Shown here in pieces: positions 50,480-64,000 of a stretch of 64,000 bases of DNA. A model generated the notes under the pieces. It had not been told where the DNA came from. It saw only the letters and a list, made by a program, of their open reading frames with translations, and did not search any database. The DNA comes from Heptranchias perlo (Eukaryota), in assembly GCF_035084215.1 (NCBI RefSeq), contig NC_090357.1, positions 17,174,001 through 17,238,000 of the forward strand, read 5' to 3'. Position 1 is the stretch's first letter; every line of letters starts with the position of its first letter. The translations under genes were made by a program, and so were the position numbers.

Positions 50480-51670
50480 TTCTGATGTCAGGAGAACCAT
50501 TCACATATCAGTGACTCCCTGGCCTCACGAGCAGCCAGGTGAGCCGCTGCTCTGCCCATGCGTTCCTCCTCCTCTTCCTCCTCAATGGGGTGGCAGATGT
50601 GGATGGGGCCTCCTCAAGCGGCACCCCTTTCTGATGTGCCAAAGGCACAACACACTGCTATGATGTGTCCCACTCTGTCTGGTGCATATTGAAGCGCTCC
50701 CCCAAAACGATAAAGGCACCTAAATCGCATCTTGAGCAGCCCTATAGCGTGCTCAGTTGTAGACCTGGTGGCGGTGTGGCTGTCATTATATCGACACTGT
50801 TGCTCGGTGATAGGGTTCCTCAGAGGTGTCATGAGCCACATGTGCAGGGGGTATCCCTTGTCCCCGAGGAGCCAGCCTTAAGGGTGCTCGGTGCATGGAA
50901 GAGCCCCGGGATGTTGGATTCCCTCAAAATGAAGGAATCGTGGCAGCTGCTAGGGAATCTGGTGCACGCGTGAAAGAATCTTTTGCGGTGGTCACAAACG
51001 AGCTGAGTGTTGATGGAATGATACCCCTTTCTGTTGATGAACAGTCCTGGCTCGTGTGGAGGTGCCCATTTTGCTATATAGGTGCAATCGATTGCACCCT
51101 TCACCCGTGGGAAACCAACCACAGAGTAGAATCCCACTGCCTTCTCCGTCTGGCTGACGTCATCCATGGGGAAGTTGACGTATTGCGAGGCTCTGCGAAA
51201 CAAGCCATCGGTGACCTGCCTTATGCACTTGTGTGCAGATGACTGAGAGACCCCGGCGATGTTCCCGGTGGCACCCTGGAATGATAAGGAGGCGAAGAAG
51301 TTGAGGGCGTTGGTGACTTTTGACAGCAACGGGTAATAAGATGCTGCTTGGCCCAGCCAGGAGCAGCTCGTCATGAAGGAGACTGCAGATGTCTGCGACC
51401 ACCTGACAACTCACTCTGAACCTCCGCATGCACTGCTCCCCGGTGAGGTTCAGGAAGCTGAGCCTTGGTCTGTAGACCCTGTGGTGAGGGTAGTGCCTCC
51501 TGTGACGTCGCTCTCTCTGTTGTTGCCCTCTGTGCTGTTGTGCAGGTGCCTATGGCGCAGCACTGTTGTGGAGCTGCAAGTGGTGGAAGTGCACACTGTG
51601 TCTGGCAAGGCTGGTGATATTGCTCGTCCTCTGATGTAGTGGTGAATGCGGCCGTGGTGAATGCGGCCAT
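50480..51670 (-). pseudogene. Harbinger transposase, frameshifted
   Basis: Split over ORFs 51371-51670, 51160-51429, 50829-51374 (IDCTY) and 50614-50841 ([14 protein letters not shown]). Confidence 0.88.
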
Positions 51671-52577
51671 GGCGCCCCCCCCATCCTGATGGTGAGAGTA
51701 TGAGGGGGTCCAAAAAGTTGTTAAATATGTGTGAACAGAAGACTTGTGAGTGGAAAGTAAGAATTTTCAGTGAAAACACACAGATCTCCCAGCCAAAAGT
51801 TTGTGTGAAAGAACTGAGTGCTCTGCAGCAAGAACTCACCTTTTCTCACCATCTATCAAACTGGATGGTGGCTGAAATAGGTCTGGTAGAAAATGGAGTG
51901 TTTCCCACAGCACAGGAAACACGCTGAGGGTGCTGAAAAATCAGACCCCTGCCTTAATGTGGACAAAATTAAGTACTTCAAGTATCTAAATAAGTTTCTT
52001 AGCTATCATCCTGCCGGCTTTAATTGCCGGTGGGAGTTCCGCATTCGGGAGGCGTGTGCGAACCCGGTAGTCTGTGGGTTGGAGCCGGATTCCGAACCTG
52101 CTCGGGATGTCTGTGATTTTTGGAGCCCCCGACGCACCCGCTACTTCACTGAAAAATCGACCTCATGGTATCATACATCATCATGACACTGAAATTAATG
52201 ATGTCACTCAGGAGGCAACCAGCTTTGTCCATTTTGGATCTATTGAAAAAGATCAGAAATTAGTTCATTTGGATCATTTTGGATTGTTATTTACCTTAGC
52301 TGACAAAATAAATGATATGAATAGTTGCAAAACATTCCCCTTTGCATGCATGACAACACTTTCTATGACATGCTATTTTCTGCTCTGCAAGACCCTTACT
52401 AGTGTGCGTGTGTTGTTTTGTGGTGCAGTTGTATACTTACCTGGAGTGTTTGAGCTTTGACTTCAAGAATATCAAACTCAAATAAAACCAATTGCTTTTC
52501 CCAAGTGGTTCCTATAATTACAAGAGTTTGAAGAGTTTATGATGTCCTCTGTAATGCTCTTATTTTCCTGTCTATAT

Positions 52578-52672
52578 AATGACTACACTTAAAAAATACT
52601 TTATTAGCTGTTATGCGCTTTGGGATGCCCTGAGGTCATGAAAGGCGCTATATAAATTAAAGTTCTTCCTTT
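52578..52672 (+). mobile_element. Deu SINE/L2-type tail fragment
   Basis: GCGCTTTGGGATGCCCTGAGGTCATGAAAGGCGCTATATAAAT. Confidence 0.65.
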
Positions 52673-53221
52673 TGATTATGACTCCTGATTTTTGTGTCCT
52701 CATTTAAGAGAGTGAAAGGAAGTACAAATGTTGAAGTGCATCCTTAGAATCAGACTTAATGCTAAGACCTACAAGACATAAATTTAAAACCTTATTCAGC
52801 TAAAACTCTGCTTATGACCATGGTTGGTTTGTCAGTCACTACAATGACATCCATGATTTCTCTTATTTGGGATTTTCCCCCTCGCTTTACAATCATAAAG
52901 GAAATGGATGGAATGTCATAAGGGACATTTCATTTCATTGCAAGGCACTCTATGATAACATCTGCACATCAAAATCGTTTAAGACTACTTTTTTTTTAAT
53001 TCTCTGTGATGGAATAATTCCCAATATATGTTGGAGGACTGTACATAGAAAAAAAAAGTGGGAACCTCTCACACATTTTGTGGTTCTGCCTCTAGGCTCA
53101 AGAGTATTGGGCTATAATTCTGAATGGAGTCAACTACTGGTGTCATGGTTGAGCCCGATTCCCTTCATTGTGTGTGGAGCTTCTATGAAGGTTTTCTTGG
53201 ATTCCAACTTGTACCATGTGA

Positions 53222-53386
53222 TCATAGAATGTATAGCACAGAAGCAGGCCATTCGGCTCAACTGGTCTACGTCAGTGTTTATACTCTTATCGAGTCTCCT
53301 CCCATTCTTATTACCGCTTCCCACCTGGTCCCCATATCCCTCGATTCCCTTCTCCCTCATGTATGCATCAAGTCTCCTCTTAAATG
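53222..53386 (-). mobile_element. CR1-type 3' fragment adjoining the LINE head
   Basis: TCATAGAATGTATAGCACAGAAGCAGGCCATTCGGC, also seen at 38992-39030. Confidence 0.6.
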
Positions 53387-56300
53387 CTACGGTAGCATAG
53401 TGGTTATGTTACTGGGCTAGTAATCCAGAGGCCTGGACTAAATCCAGAGTCATGAGTTCAAATCCTGCCATGGCAGCTGGCGAATTTAAATTCAATTAAT
53501 TAATTACATTCAATTAATTAAAATAAAATCTGGAATTAAAATACTAGTATCAGTAATGATGGCCATGAAACTACCGGATTGTCGTAAAAACCCATCTGGT
53601 TCACTAATGTCCTTTAGGGAAGGAAGCCTGCCGCCCTTACCCGGTCTGGCCTATATGTGACTCCAGACCCACAGCAATGTGGTTGATTCTTAATTGCCCT
53701 CTGAAATGGCCTAGCAAGCCACTCAGTTGTAAAATCTCGCTACGAAAAGTCATAATAAGAATAAAACCGGACGGACCACCCGGCATCAGACCACTAGGCA
53801 CCGGACACGACAACGGCAAAACACCAAGCCCAGTCGACCCTGCAAGGTCCTCCTTACTAACATCTGGGGACTTGTGCCAAAATTGGGAGAGCTGTCCCAC
53901 AGACTAGTCAAGCAACAGCCTGACATAGCCATACTCACAGAATCATATCTTTCAGCCAACGTCCCAGACTCTTCCATCACCATCCCTGGGTATGTCCTGT
54001 CCCACCGGCAGGACAGACCCACCAGAGGTGGCGGTACAGTGATATACAGTCAGGAGGGAGTGGCCCTGGGAGTCCTCAACATTGACTCTGGACCCCATGA
54101 AATCTCATGGCATCAGGTCAAACATGGGCAAGGAAACCTCCTGCTGATTACCACCTCCCGTCCTCCCTCAGCTGATGAATCAGTCCTCCTCCATGTTGAA
54201 CACCACTTGGAGGAAGCACTGAGGGTAGCAAGGGTACAGAATGTACTCTGGGTGGGGGACTTCAATGTCCATCACCAAGAGTGGCTCGGTAGCACCACTA
54301 CTGACCGAGCTGGCCGAGTCCTGAAGGACATAGCTGCTAGACTGGGCCTGCGGCAGGTGGTGAGCGAACCAACACGAGGGAAAAACTTACTTGACCTCGT
54401 CCTCACCAATCTACCTGTCGCAAATGCATCTGTCCATGACAGTATTGGTAGGAGTGACCACTGCACAGTCCTCGTGGAGATGAAATCCCGTCTTCGCACT
54501 GAGGACACCATCCAACGTGTTGTGTGGCACTACCACCGTGCTAAATGGGATAGATTCAGAACAAATCTAGCAGCTCAAAACTGGGCATCCATGAGGCGCT
54601 GTGGGCCATCAGCAGCAGCAGAATTGTATTCCAGCACAATCTGTAACCTCATGGCCCGGCATATTCCTCACTCTACCATTACCAACAAGCCAGGGGATCA
54701 ACCCTGGTTCAATGAGGAGTGTGGAAGAGCATGCCAGGAGCAGCACCAGGCGTACCGAAAAATGAGGTGCCAACCTGGTGAAGCTACAACTCAGGACTAC
54801 ATGCATGCTAAACAGCGGAAGCAACATGCTATAGACAGAGCTAAGCGATTCCACAACCAACGGATCAGATCAAAGCTCTGCAGTCCTGCCACATCCAGTC
54901 GTGAATGGTGGTGGACAATTAAACAACTAACGGGAGGAGGAGGCTCTGCAAACATCCCCATTCTCAATGATGGCGGAGTCCAGCACGTGAGTGCAAAAGA
55001 CAAGGCTGAAGCGTTTGCAACCATCTTCAGCCAGAAGTGCCGAGTGGATAATCCATCTCAGCCTCCTCCCGATATCCCCACCATCACGGAAGCCAGTCTT
55101 CGGCCAATTCGATTCACTCCACGTGATATCAAGAAACGGCTGAGTGCACTGGATACAGCAAAGGCTATGGGCCCCGACAACATCCCAGCTGTAGTGCTGA
55201 AGACTTGTGCTCCAGAACTAGCTGCGCCTCTAGCCAAGCTGTTCCAGTACAGCTACAACACTGGCATCCACCCGACAATGTGGAAAATTGCCCAGGTATG
55301 TCCTGTCCACAAAAAGCAGGACAAATCCAATCCGGCCAATTACCGCCCCATCAGTCTACTCTCAATCATCAGCAAAGTGATGGAAGGTGTCGTCCACAGT
55401 GCTATCAAGCGGCACTTACTCACCAATAACCTGCTCACCGATGCTCAGTTTGGGTTCCGCCAGGACCACTCGGCTCCAGACCTCATTACAGCCTTGGTCC
55501 AAACATGGACAAAAGAGCTGAATTCCAGAGGTGAGGTGAGAGTGACTGCCCTTGACATCAAGGGCAGTCACATTTGACCGAGTGTGGCACCAAGGAGCCC
55601 TAGTAAAATTGAAGTCAATGGGAATCAGGGGGAAAACTCTCCAGTGGCTGGAGTCATACCTAGCACAAAGGAAGATGGTAGTGGTTGTTGGAGGCCAATC
55701 ATCTCAGCCCCAGGGCATTGCTGCAGGAGTTCCTCAGGGCAGTGTCCTAGGCCCAACCATCTTCAGCTGCTTCATCAATGACCTTCCCTCCATCATAAGG
55801 TCAGAAATGGGGATGTTCGCTGATGACTGCACAGTGTTCAGTTCCATTCGCAACCCCTCAGATAATGAAGCAGTCCGAGCCTGCATGCAGCAAGACCTGG
55901 ACAACATCCAGGCTTGGGCTCATAAGTGGCAAGTAACATTCGCGCCAGATAAGTGCCAGGCAATGACCATCTCCAACAAGAGAGAGTCTAACCACCTCCC
56001 CTTGACATTCAACGGCATTACCATCGCCGAATCCCCCACCATCAACATCCTGGGGGTCACCATTGACCAGAAACTTAACTGGACCAGCCATATAAATACT
56101 GTAGCTACGAGAGCAGGTCAGAGGCTGGGTATTCTGCGGCGAGTGACTCACCTCCTGACTCCCCAAAGCCTTTCCACCATCTACAAGGCACAAGTCAGGA
56201 GTGTGATGGAATACTCTCCACTTGCCTGGATGAGTGCAGCTCTAACAACACTCAAGAAGCTCGACACCATCCAAGATAAAGCAGCCCGCTTGATTGGCAC

Positions 56301-56722
56301 CCCATCCACCACCCTAAACATTCACTCCCCTCACCACCGGCGCACTGTGGCTGCAGTGTGCACCATCCACAGGATGCACTGCAGCAACTCGCCAAGGCTT
56401 CTTCGACAGCACCTCCCAAACCCGCGACCTCTACCACCTAGAAGGACAAGGGCAGCAGGCGCATGGGAACAACACCACCTGCACGTTCCCCTCCAAGTCA
56501 CACACCATCCCGACTTGGAAATATATCGCCGTTCCTTCATTGTCGCTGGGTCAAAATCCTGGAACTCCCTTCCTAACAGCACAGTGGGAGAACCGTCACC
56601 ACACGGACTGCAGCGGTTCAAGAAGGCGGCTCACCACCACCTTCTCGAGGGCAATTAGGGATGGGCAATAAATGCCGGCCTTGCCAGCGACGCCCACATC
56701 CCGTGAACGAATAAAAAAAAAA
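53387..56722 (+). mobile_element. Near full-length non-LTR retrotransposon (CR1-group-like) with tRNA-like 5' head
   Basis: A-box-like TAGCATAGTGG, B-box-like GAGTTCAAATC, about 470-nt 5' region, EN+RT frame, short 3' UTR ending in an A run. Confidence 0.9.
53847..56658 (+). pseudogene. LINE APE endonuclease and reverse transcriptase with one frameshift
   Basis: Motifs LTNIWG, LTES, VGDFN, LDL, SDH, NYRPISLL, GVPQGSVLGP and FADD. The frame changes at about 55561-55572, inside the expected DIKAAFDRV. Confidence 0.9.
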
Positions 56723-59700
56723 TGTGTCAATGCTATGTGCAAGTTCATTGTCATCACTATCAGCCATTGTATCACTATCCTTTGGCATCAGACAGTTAAC
56801 CCTCAGTGCTCAACCTGGGTCAAGAGGCCATGGAAGATTTCAGTGAGTTTCACTACTTTTAAAGCACCTTTATCTCTTAAATAGCACTCCTGTTCCAGCA
56901 ACAGGAAATAAAACTGGAAATTGATTCTTCAAGTAGTATCTCTGTCCATGTTTCTGCTTTTCTCAATAGATTCAGCCGCCTAGCCCAATGTCTCTATAAT
57001 GACCACATTTGGGAATGAAAACTTATTCATTTATCATGAGGTCTAACACAAGATCATCTTTAACCCTACAGCAATGGATGAGTTATTTTATCTTGGCGCA
57101 TTCATGATACCAGTCACTGCAGACAAGGTAACTCATTCAACAATAACACAGTTCTACTTGACACCAGAAAGCCATATGAAAGACTAAGCTGATCAAATCT
57201 ATGATACGACTAAGTCAATCTTCAGTTATAAGTTTGGCTAAAAAAACTCGATTGAAGGCCAAATGTTTTGATGTAGCTTCCATCCGTATAATGGATGGTG
57301 GGACCTGGAGAACACTGGATAAAGTGCATATACTGTATTTTAAACTATTTCCCTGGACCTGCTGGCAGTGTAAGAGTTACGACAAGTTTTACTGCTGATT
57401 ATCTATAAGTTGGTTGGCCTTGATCGACAATTGAAGATGATTAAAATTGAAGTTAACTTAATGATGTCATGATATTGTTGCAGTACCATATTGGATTCTG
57501 CCTTGAGCACTGTAGGAGAATAGGTGGTAAATGGGGCTACATTTGATAAACTGGCTCAATAATAAAAATGATGAAATCTACAGTTTGAGCAGCAATAATC
57601 GATTTTGTGTGCCCTACCTTGTCAGATGGAGAGTTATGTGGATGATAGATCAAGTTGGCTTTTGGTCTTATGTCTTCATTGTCATGCCAGTCCTCAGGCT
57701 GGCAATATGATATGCTTATTGCCCAAACAAAATATAATGCATTAAGTAATCTTTATGAAGCTAGAATTGATGTAAGTTCATTTTATTTAGGATCTAACCA
57801 ACCCTGGGAGGACTGCAATAGCATTTTGGTACAAATGAACAATCTAAATCTTGATTGCAACTTATGCAGATGTCACAATGAATATGTCATTTGGTTTGGT
57901 ATATATTCTCATTCCTGATTAATAACCATAACGAATGAGAAAATAATATTTGTAGCTATTGTACAATGGCTAGTTATAGAAATATTTTGAAAACCGCTAA
58001 AGACACAACACTCCAGGGTTAAATGGGTTATGATCTGTTACCAAATTGCAGTGAATGTCATCTAGGATCTGGAATCACATATTTTACATTCTCTGTTTAA
58101 AGTGTACAGAATATTGTTTTCCAAACCTCTGTGCCCTACAGCGAAACAAATCACTCTCTTGAATGGAAATTGTTCATTTTCAGGAACTTATTTGCTTCAG
58201 TCAATAATATATTTTAATTATTATAGATGCACTTCAATGGATTCCCCTCCAGTTCAAATTATATTTACTTTTATGGAAATAATTCACTACTTCTTTTGGA
58301 CCACTAGTCAGTTTAATAAACAACTACAGTAGCCTCTTGCTCTGTATTTACAATAAGAATCTGGGGGTAGAATTTCCGCTTGTTTACGCCAGTACTATCA
58401 ACATAATCTGGGCGGAATCGACCTAACCAGCGCAAAAAGTCAAGGAATTTTAAATGTAAGTGAGTTACGACGAAAACCACTTATGTTCGTATTTTCTGCA
58501 ATCTTTTACGCTGGTTCAAAATTCATTTTGCCCGAATCAGGCCCCGCCCTCAAAACTGGCCACTCTTCCATGTTAAAATTGCGATATTCCGCCGAATGTG
58601 CTGGTTCAGGAAGGCTCTTCAAATTGCACTCGTTTTCTTAGGCGCACGGGCAATATTTAATTTACTAAGAAACTGACTAGTATACACTAGTGAAACTATT
58701 AAATGGTTCAGTATAGTTTTTTTTGTCATTTTCAGTGATTTTAAATCAGGTTATTCGCAGGTGGAGGACTGGACACCCTTATTAAAATTGCCTATTTTTG
58801 CTGGTAACCTCATTTTCAGCTGTATTAAAACTGCACCAGGTGACCACTCTTAAATACATCAAGGAATACTTTTTAATGGAAAGAAAGAAAAGAAACGATT
58901 ATGTTCTATCATGCTGCCTGATTGCGCTGGTTCATGGAAGATTTTACGTTTGTGATTATGCAAATGAATTTTAGCGAAAACTTAAACTATAATCTAACCA
59001 ATGTAATTTCAAGCACATTTTGGGCACAATTTCCCTATTGTTTTCACTTGTAAAATTCAGCATAAAAATGATGATGGAATTGGTAGCTAATGTGAACTGA
59101 GCTGATTCACTGGTGGGAGGAGCATGTGAATATTTAATACACAGAACAAAAGGAAGGCCACGTAATTGAGAGGCCCAAATGAGTCAGAAGCTCAGGGTTT
59201 AATTCTTCATTCTGGGCAGTCCCTGTCTTGTATTTCACCATATTGAAAATACCGCACAGGCAGAGGTATCAGATAGAGAGTGATGCCAAAATGAACTACT
59301 TTCAGCCGTTGACAGCAGGGTTTGGTGTGGTCATTAGTTATATTCAACTAGTTACTGGTCCAGTTGTACGAGCTACTCCTGTTAATTCAAAAGCACTTAA
59401 TTCAGATTATTGGCTAATTCAAAGTTAGCACTAAAACCCCTCTATTACTGTTTCAATTCAATTGTTCAATGTAAATTAATGCATAATTCAATTTCTTACT
59501 GGAAAAAATGACTGAATTAAAAGTAGACTGTATAAAAGTGGCAATTCAGACAATGTAATTTAAACTACTTGTATGCTACAGTACCTCACACTGAGCTGTT
59601 AATAGTATTAATTACACTTTTAACTCCCCTCCCATATTCCCTCTGTTAGCAGGTAGGGGAAATGTTAGTCTAAAACCCCAGATTAAAGCTCCAATCACTT

Positions 59701-59859
59701 TGGTGGTGTGGTTTCTAGTTCTATCACTGCCCTTTTGTGTAATGATTTATGTAAACTCAACTCTCAGAAGAAAAAAATTGCCTCTTTTGAAACTAAAATT
59801 ACAGACACAAAGTGGGCAAATCTAATTCAATTTCCATGGGTGCATAAGAAGTATGTTGA

Positions 59860-60125
59860 ATGGAAATGTAATGGAATGTAATGATCAGAAGAGGGACTTG
59901 GGGGTTCTTGTGGAAAGATTATTGAAACCGTCACCCCAGTGCATGGTTGTAGCAATAAAGATAAATGAGGTATTGGTCTTCATGGATAAAATACAATTTA
60001 GAAAAAGGTGACATTACTGTATAAGGTACTGATTAGACTCCACCTGGAGTTCTGTGTATAGCAATGGTCTCCACGGGATGAGTGTGCTGTGGGAATCCAT
60101 GAAAAGACTGGGTATTTTTTCGCTG
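59860..60125 (+). mobile_element. Highly decayed CR1 RT fragment
   Basis: GAGGGACTTGGGGGTTCTTGTGGA and CTGTATAAGGTACTGATTAGACTCCACCTGGAG resemble 6645-6830. Confidence 0.6.
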
Positions 60126-60756
60126 GATACTTTAGATTACTTTCATTGTTGAGTCCCAACTCCCTTAGCCTTTGCGACCATCTTCACTAGCCATGATATC
60201 GAGATAAGCTTTTGGCAATGTGCCCCAGGATAATGAACAGAATAACATTTTCATTAATTATTTTAACTACTGGGATTATACCATGTCTCCATAGAATGTC
60301 TCTCCCGTTTACAATGAATGATAGAATATCACAAATTCAGACTTTATTAAGGACATTTATTTTACAAAAGATAAATGGGTGAATAACTAAGTGATGTAGA
60401 AATCCTTCTGTCTAGCTTCTTGATATAAGGTTGTAATCCAATGCTAAGCCATTCTTTAGTGGAATATTTTTATATACATAGTGTTCTATTCTTTGTATTT
60501 CTTACCATGACAGAACCTAATGACAATTCGTTAAATATTCCCGACAACAATTAACGGGACTTCCTGGATTTGAATAACTGTTGACCGCATTCTAAAATAA
60601 GCAGGCTGTCATACGTATAACTAAACAAATCATATAGACTGAAAGTAACTTGGCTTCTCCCTCAAGTTTTGCAGACAACTATATGGAACTTGATGCATTT
60701 GTATCAAGTTAAGCGTGGCACAAGATTCTGGCTGCTGCTAACTTTGAAGTTCCTTA

Positions 60757-60852
60757 TCATAGTAGGTACAGCACAGGAGGAGGCCATTCAGTCCATCGTA
60801 CCTGTGCCAGCTCTTTGAAAGAGCTATCCAATTAGTCCCACTCCCCTGCTCT
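60757..60852 (-). mobile_element. CR1-type 3'-end fragment
   Basis: Similar to 7395-7490. Confidence 0.65.
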
Positions 60853-63800
60853 TATGTATTAGTACTGGATTTAAAAGCACTGCCACTAAGCCAAAATGAT
60901 ACAAAAGCCAAGTTTTAACACAGATGCTGTATATTTTCTTATCCTGGGCGTAGTTTATCACACTCTGAGCTGAACTTGGTGAGGTGCCTGTTGTCAAGAG
61001 AAAGAATATAAGTACTATCAGAGAGGTTAGTTATGGGATTGCTGATAATGGCATCATATTGGGGGTGGGGTGGGGGACATCAGTTTTGTGCAGTGGCTAC
61101 AAGTATCCTGGCTGGCCTTGGGAGAGGCTAGCCACAGAACTGTGGAAACTGTCTGTATCTTCATTGATACTGGCAGTGCACCTGGAGATGCCGGCAGTAA
61201 TGTGGATGCTATGGTAGGACTGATAGTGGAGTGATGAGTGTTGGGATGCCCATGAAAGGTAACCGTGTTCAATCACTTTAATGTATTGTTAGGTTATTTA
61301 CATACTGGACATCCATTTAATAATTAGGATATCAGATACAGAGTAGTAATCATAGTTCTGGTTTGGCCATAATGTCACGAAAGGCATTATATTTTAAATA
61401 AAAGGACAAATTAATGCAGAACTGAACTCTGCTTCTGTTTATTTCATTGCACAGTGTGGGAAAAATTATTAATGAGAAAAATGGGCCCTACACTATGGAA
61501 AGTCTGTTGAATACTCTGCTCAGAATTTGTTGAAATCAGTTGTATGCTCCAAGAATGTTCCAAAAGAATCAAGACCTTTTCGAAGTTATGGAATAAAAAT
61601 CACATTCAAATGGTACGTGTTTACTGTAACAATTTAGAAAAGAAGGTTGAAAACTAATCCCATCAGACTTTTGTACTTTTTGGGATATTATGAATAGTTT
61701 ACTAATCAGAAAAAAAGATTCTAATTTCTCAGAAGTTTCTGAACATTTTTAGAAATGCAGAGGCTTAAAAACACAAAGCACAATTTCATTCAGTATAAAT
61801 ATGTCCTCGTTGAAAAAACGCTGATTTTAAAAAAGCACAGTGCACTAGAGAATGACCCCCCACAACAGTAGTATTGCTGCTGTGGTATGTCTGAAGATGA
61901 TAAAGCAAGGAAGTTGTATTTAAATAAAACAGAGAGAAGCTTTCATCAAGAGATCAGTCTTATGAAAAAGAAAATGGATAACTGAGAGGGCTGACAGATT
62001 CATCAAGTCCCCAGCAATTGAGTTCATGTAAATAGTTACATTTCAAAACCTCTTATTCATCTCATAAAAGTTCTGGAGTTGGTCAGATATGGTGCACAGG
62101 TAGATAGTACACAAGAGCACTGGGAGCTCTCCAGGGTCCTTACTCCCATACAACTCATCCCAGTGAGTAGCAATGATCATTTCAGCTTTTTGTCTTTCTC
62201 ATAAGCAAGTTTTTCACTTAAAATGGTGGTGATGCGATAGCAAAGTGAATTGTGAGATTTTTTTTCATGGTTGTACAAAATGAAGAGGGAAGTGCAATGA
62301 TGTGATTGTGCCTGCAGCATCAAATTTGTCTTTGTTTTAAAAATCATTGGTTTTCACAGTAACACACATAACAACAGGATCAGCATCCACATGGCAGCTC
62401 AGCAGTGGAGTTTTCAGGGCAGAACTGCTCCCCTCCTGGAAAACTTCCTGGTGTGGGGGCACCTCCCTCCTTAACAGGAAATGACTAGTTAGCAGTGTCC
62501 AATCCACATGTCCCTGGGTGTTCATAAAAACACTCATGAAAGATCAGTCCTTAACCAGTTTCACTCAGTCATTGGAATAACAAAAAACAATCTGTGAGAA
62601 ATTTGCCAAAATGAATTGGTGATGTAGGGCCTCAGTTGGGAACTAGAGAAATAGACAATATGGGCTCCTCTTTAAGAGCTACTTCATGCAGTCACCCTCA
62701 AAATTGCTTCAAAACATCCCAATCAAATTGGCATTTCCAGTAAATTGGGAAAAGTGCTGTTTTTCTCTTAAATTAAGTTTCAAAGGATGTACTGATTAAT
62801 TGCCAGAATATCTCCTAATCACAGGTGTGATTTGTTAAATTAACGGCTCCTAATTTGATAATCCAGTAAATTGTGTGACATTGTACGCCTATCTTTTAAT
62901 TTCAATATTAAACTATTGCAGGTAGCTTGCATAGCAAAAACAAATCATTTTTTAATATTCTTACAACATAGGCCTTACTTCCTGAATCATAGATACACTG
63001 TCAATTCAGGCTGTTTTTTCTTTCCATCAGTGAGGTCTGGGTTCTGTTAGTGTGAGTACAAAAGCTTGTCATGGTAACCCCTGTAAGAACTGCAGTAGCA
63101 GCTTATGCACCAAATAGTACTATAAACCTGCCAATTTTCCACAGTAATAACCTGTTTTTCCCAAATGACTCCAAGATTATAAATAATTCTAGATATTGAA
63201 ATACAGTTTGAAATCAGTGCCACTCTTTCCCCAAACAGTTTAACTCCATCCTTTTTTTGAAAATTGAGAAATTGGTGCAGGGCCAAGACCCATCGTGCAG
63301 GATATCATCAATGTTGAAAAGAGTAGGCGAAAAGACAAGTCAAGAATTGGTGGTGAGGTAATACCAAGCTTATTGACTGCCAGAAGAAGGTAAGATTTGA
63401 AGGCAGTTAGTAGTTCCTATGCTTTGAGGTTCTGGGAAAGAATGAATTGGAGATGGCGCAATGAATCTTGATTTCAACACAGTGATGGTGCAGGGAGTAT
63501 AGGAGGAATGAGAAAGGAAAGTTCAAAGGAGCAATGATCATTGTAGTATCGATTAATATAGAGAGGGAAAAACGAAAGGTGGTAACTTTAGGCATTCACA
63601 CGATTGATTAGCCAAATCAATCCGCTTGTCTTTAATATCAGTTTGCAAAAGAAAGTTTAAAAAGTGATTGACAATTTAAGCACTCCTTAAAATAGTTATT
63701 CAAAATTCTGGTTATTTAATACTGATTTTCTTTTTTTTCCCCCCCGCCTGTTAATTTTTGGATATGTTTAAATAAGCTATGAGTAATAATGACATTGTAG

Positions 63801-64000
63801 GAAGAATAGCTTCAACTATTTATTGAGGCTGACTATGTGAGTGAGCTGAATTATTATCAGTAGTGATACAGTCATTAATGTAAGTGTTCTTTAGCAACAA
63901 GTCTACTTATCAATTCAGCTCCCTCAGCAACTCTACCTAGCCAATACCCCAATGTGTCATCAACACTCACCATTCGAACAGAAGTATTCAACAAATTGAC

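Larger units (their letters stand above)
48075..52164. mobile_element. Full-length but decayed Harbinger, opposite orientation to 14596-18783
   Basis: Degenerate TIRs with CATG at both junctions (TSD ATG or CAT); both genes present but broken. Confidence 0.88.

Noticed and set aside
61455-61612. Possible coding exon (AG...GT bounded)
   Set aside because: Stop codons in all three frames; no other support.

Overview
This is repeat-rich, AT-rich, CpG-poor vertebrate non-coding DNA (intergenic or a long intron). The repeat repertoire suggests a cartilaginous fish such as a shark; this is an inference. I found no convincing host protein-coding exon, and almost every long ORF belongs to a mobile element. 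Main contents: (1) Four PIF/Harbinger DNA transposon copies. One (14596-18783) appears intact, with TIRs, an ATT TSD, a DDE transposase ORF and a convergent three-exon Myb/SANT-like gene that splices in frame. The others are a decayed full-length copy, an internally deleted copy and a copy cut by the window edge; MITEs are also present. (2) Four short Penelope-like 3'-end insertions with 11-13 bp TSDs. Three carry minimal hammerhead ribozyme motifs and three are fold-back palindromes (arms about 385, 99 and 17 bp). (3) A near-complete EN+RT LINE with a tRNA-like 5' head, no ORF1 and no AUG before the end of its endonuclease domain, plus a SINE joining the same head to the same tail. (4) Many CR1 and L2 fragments, Deu-domain SINEs, older SINEs and two candidate solo LTRs. 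Family names come from motif recognition and recall, not database searches. Nothing here is demonstrably an undescribed system. The hammerhead hairpin insertions, the tRNA-headed LINE/SINE pair and the intact Harbinger most deserve follow-up.
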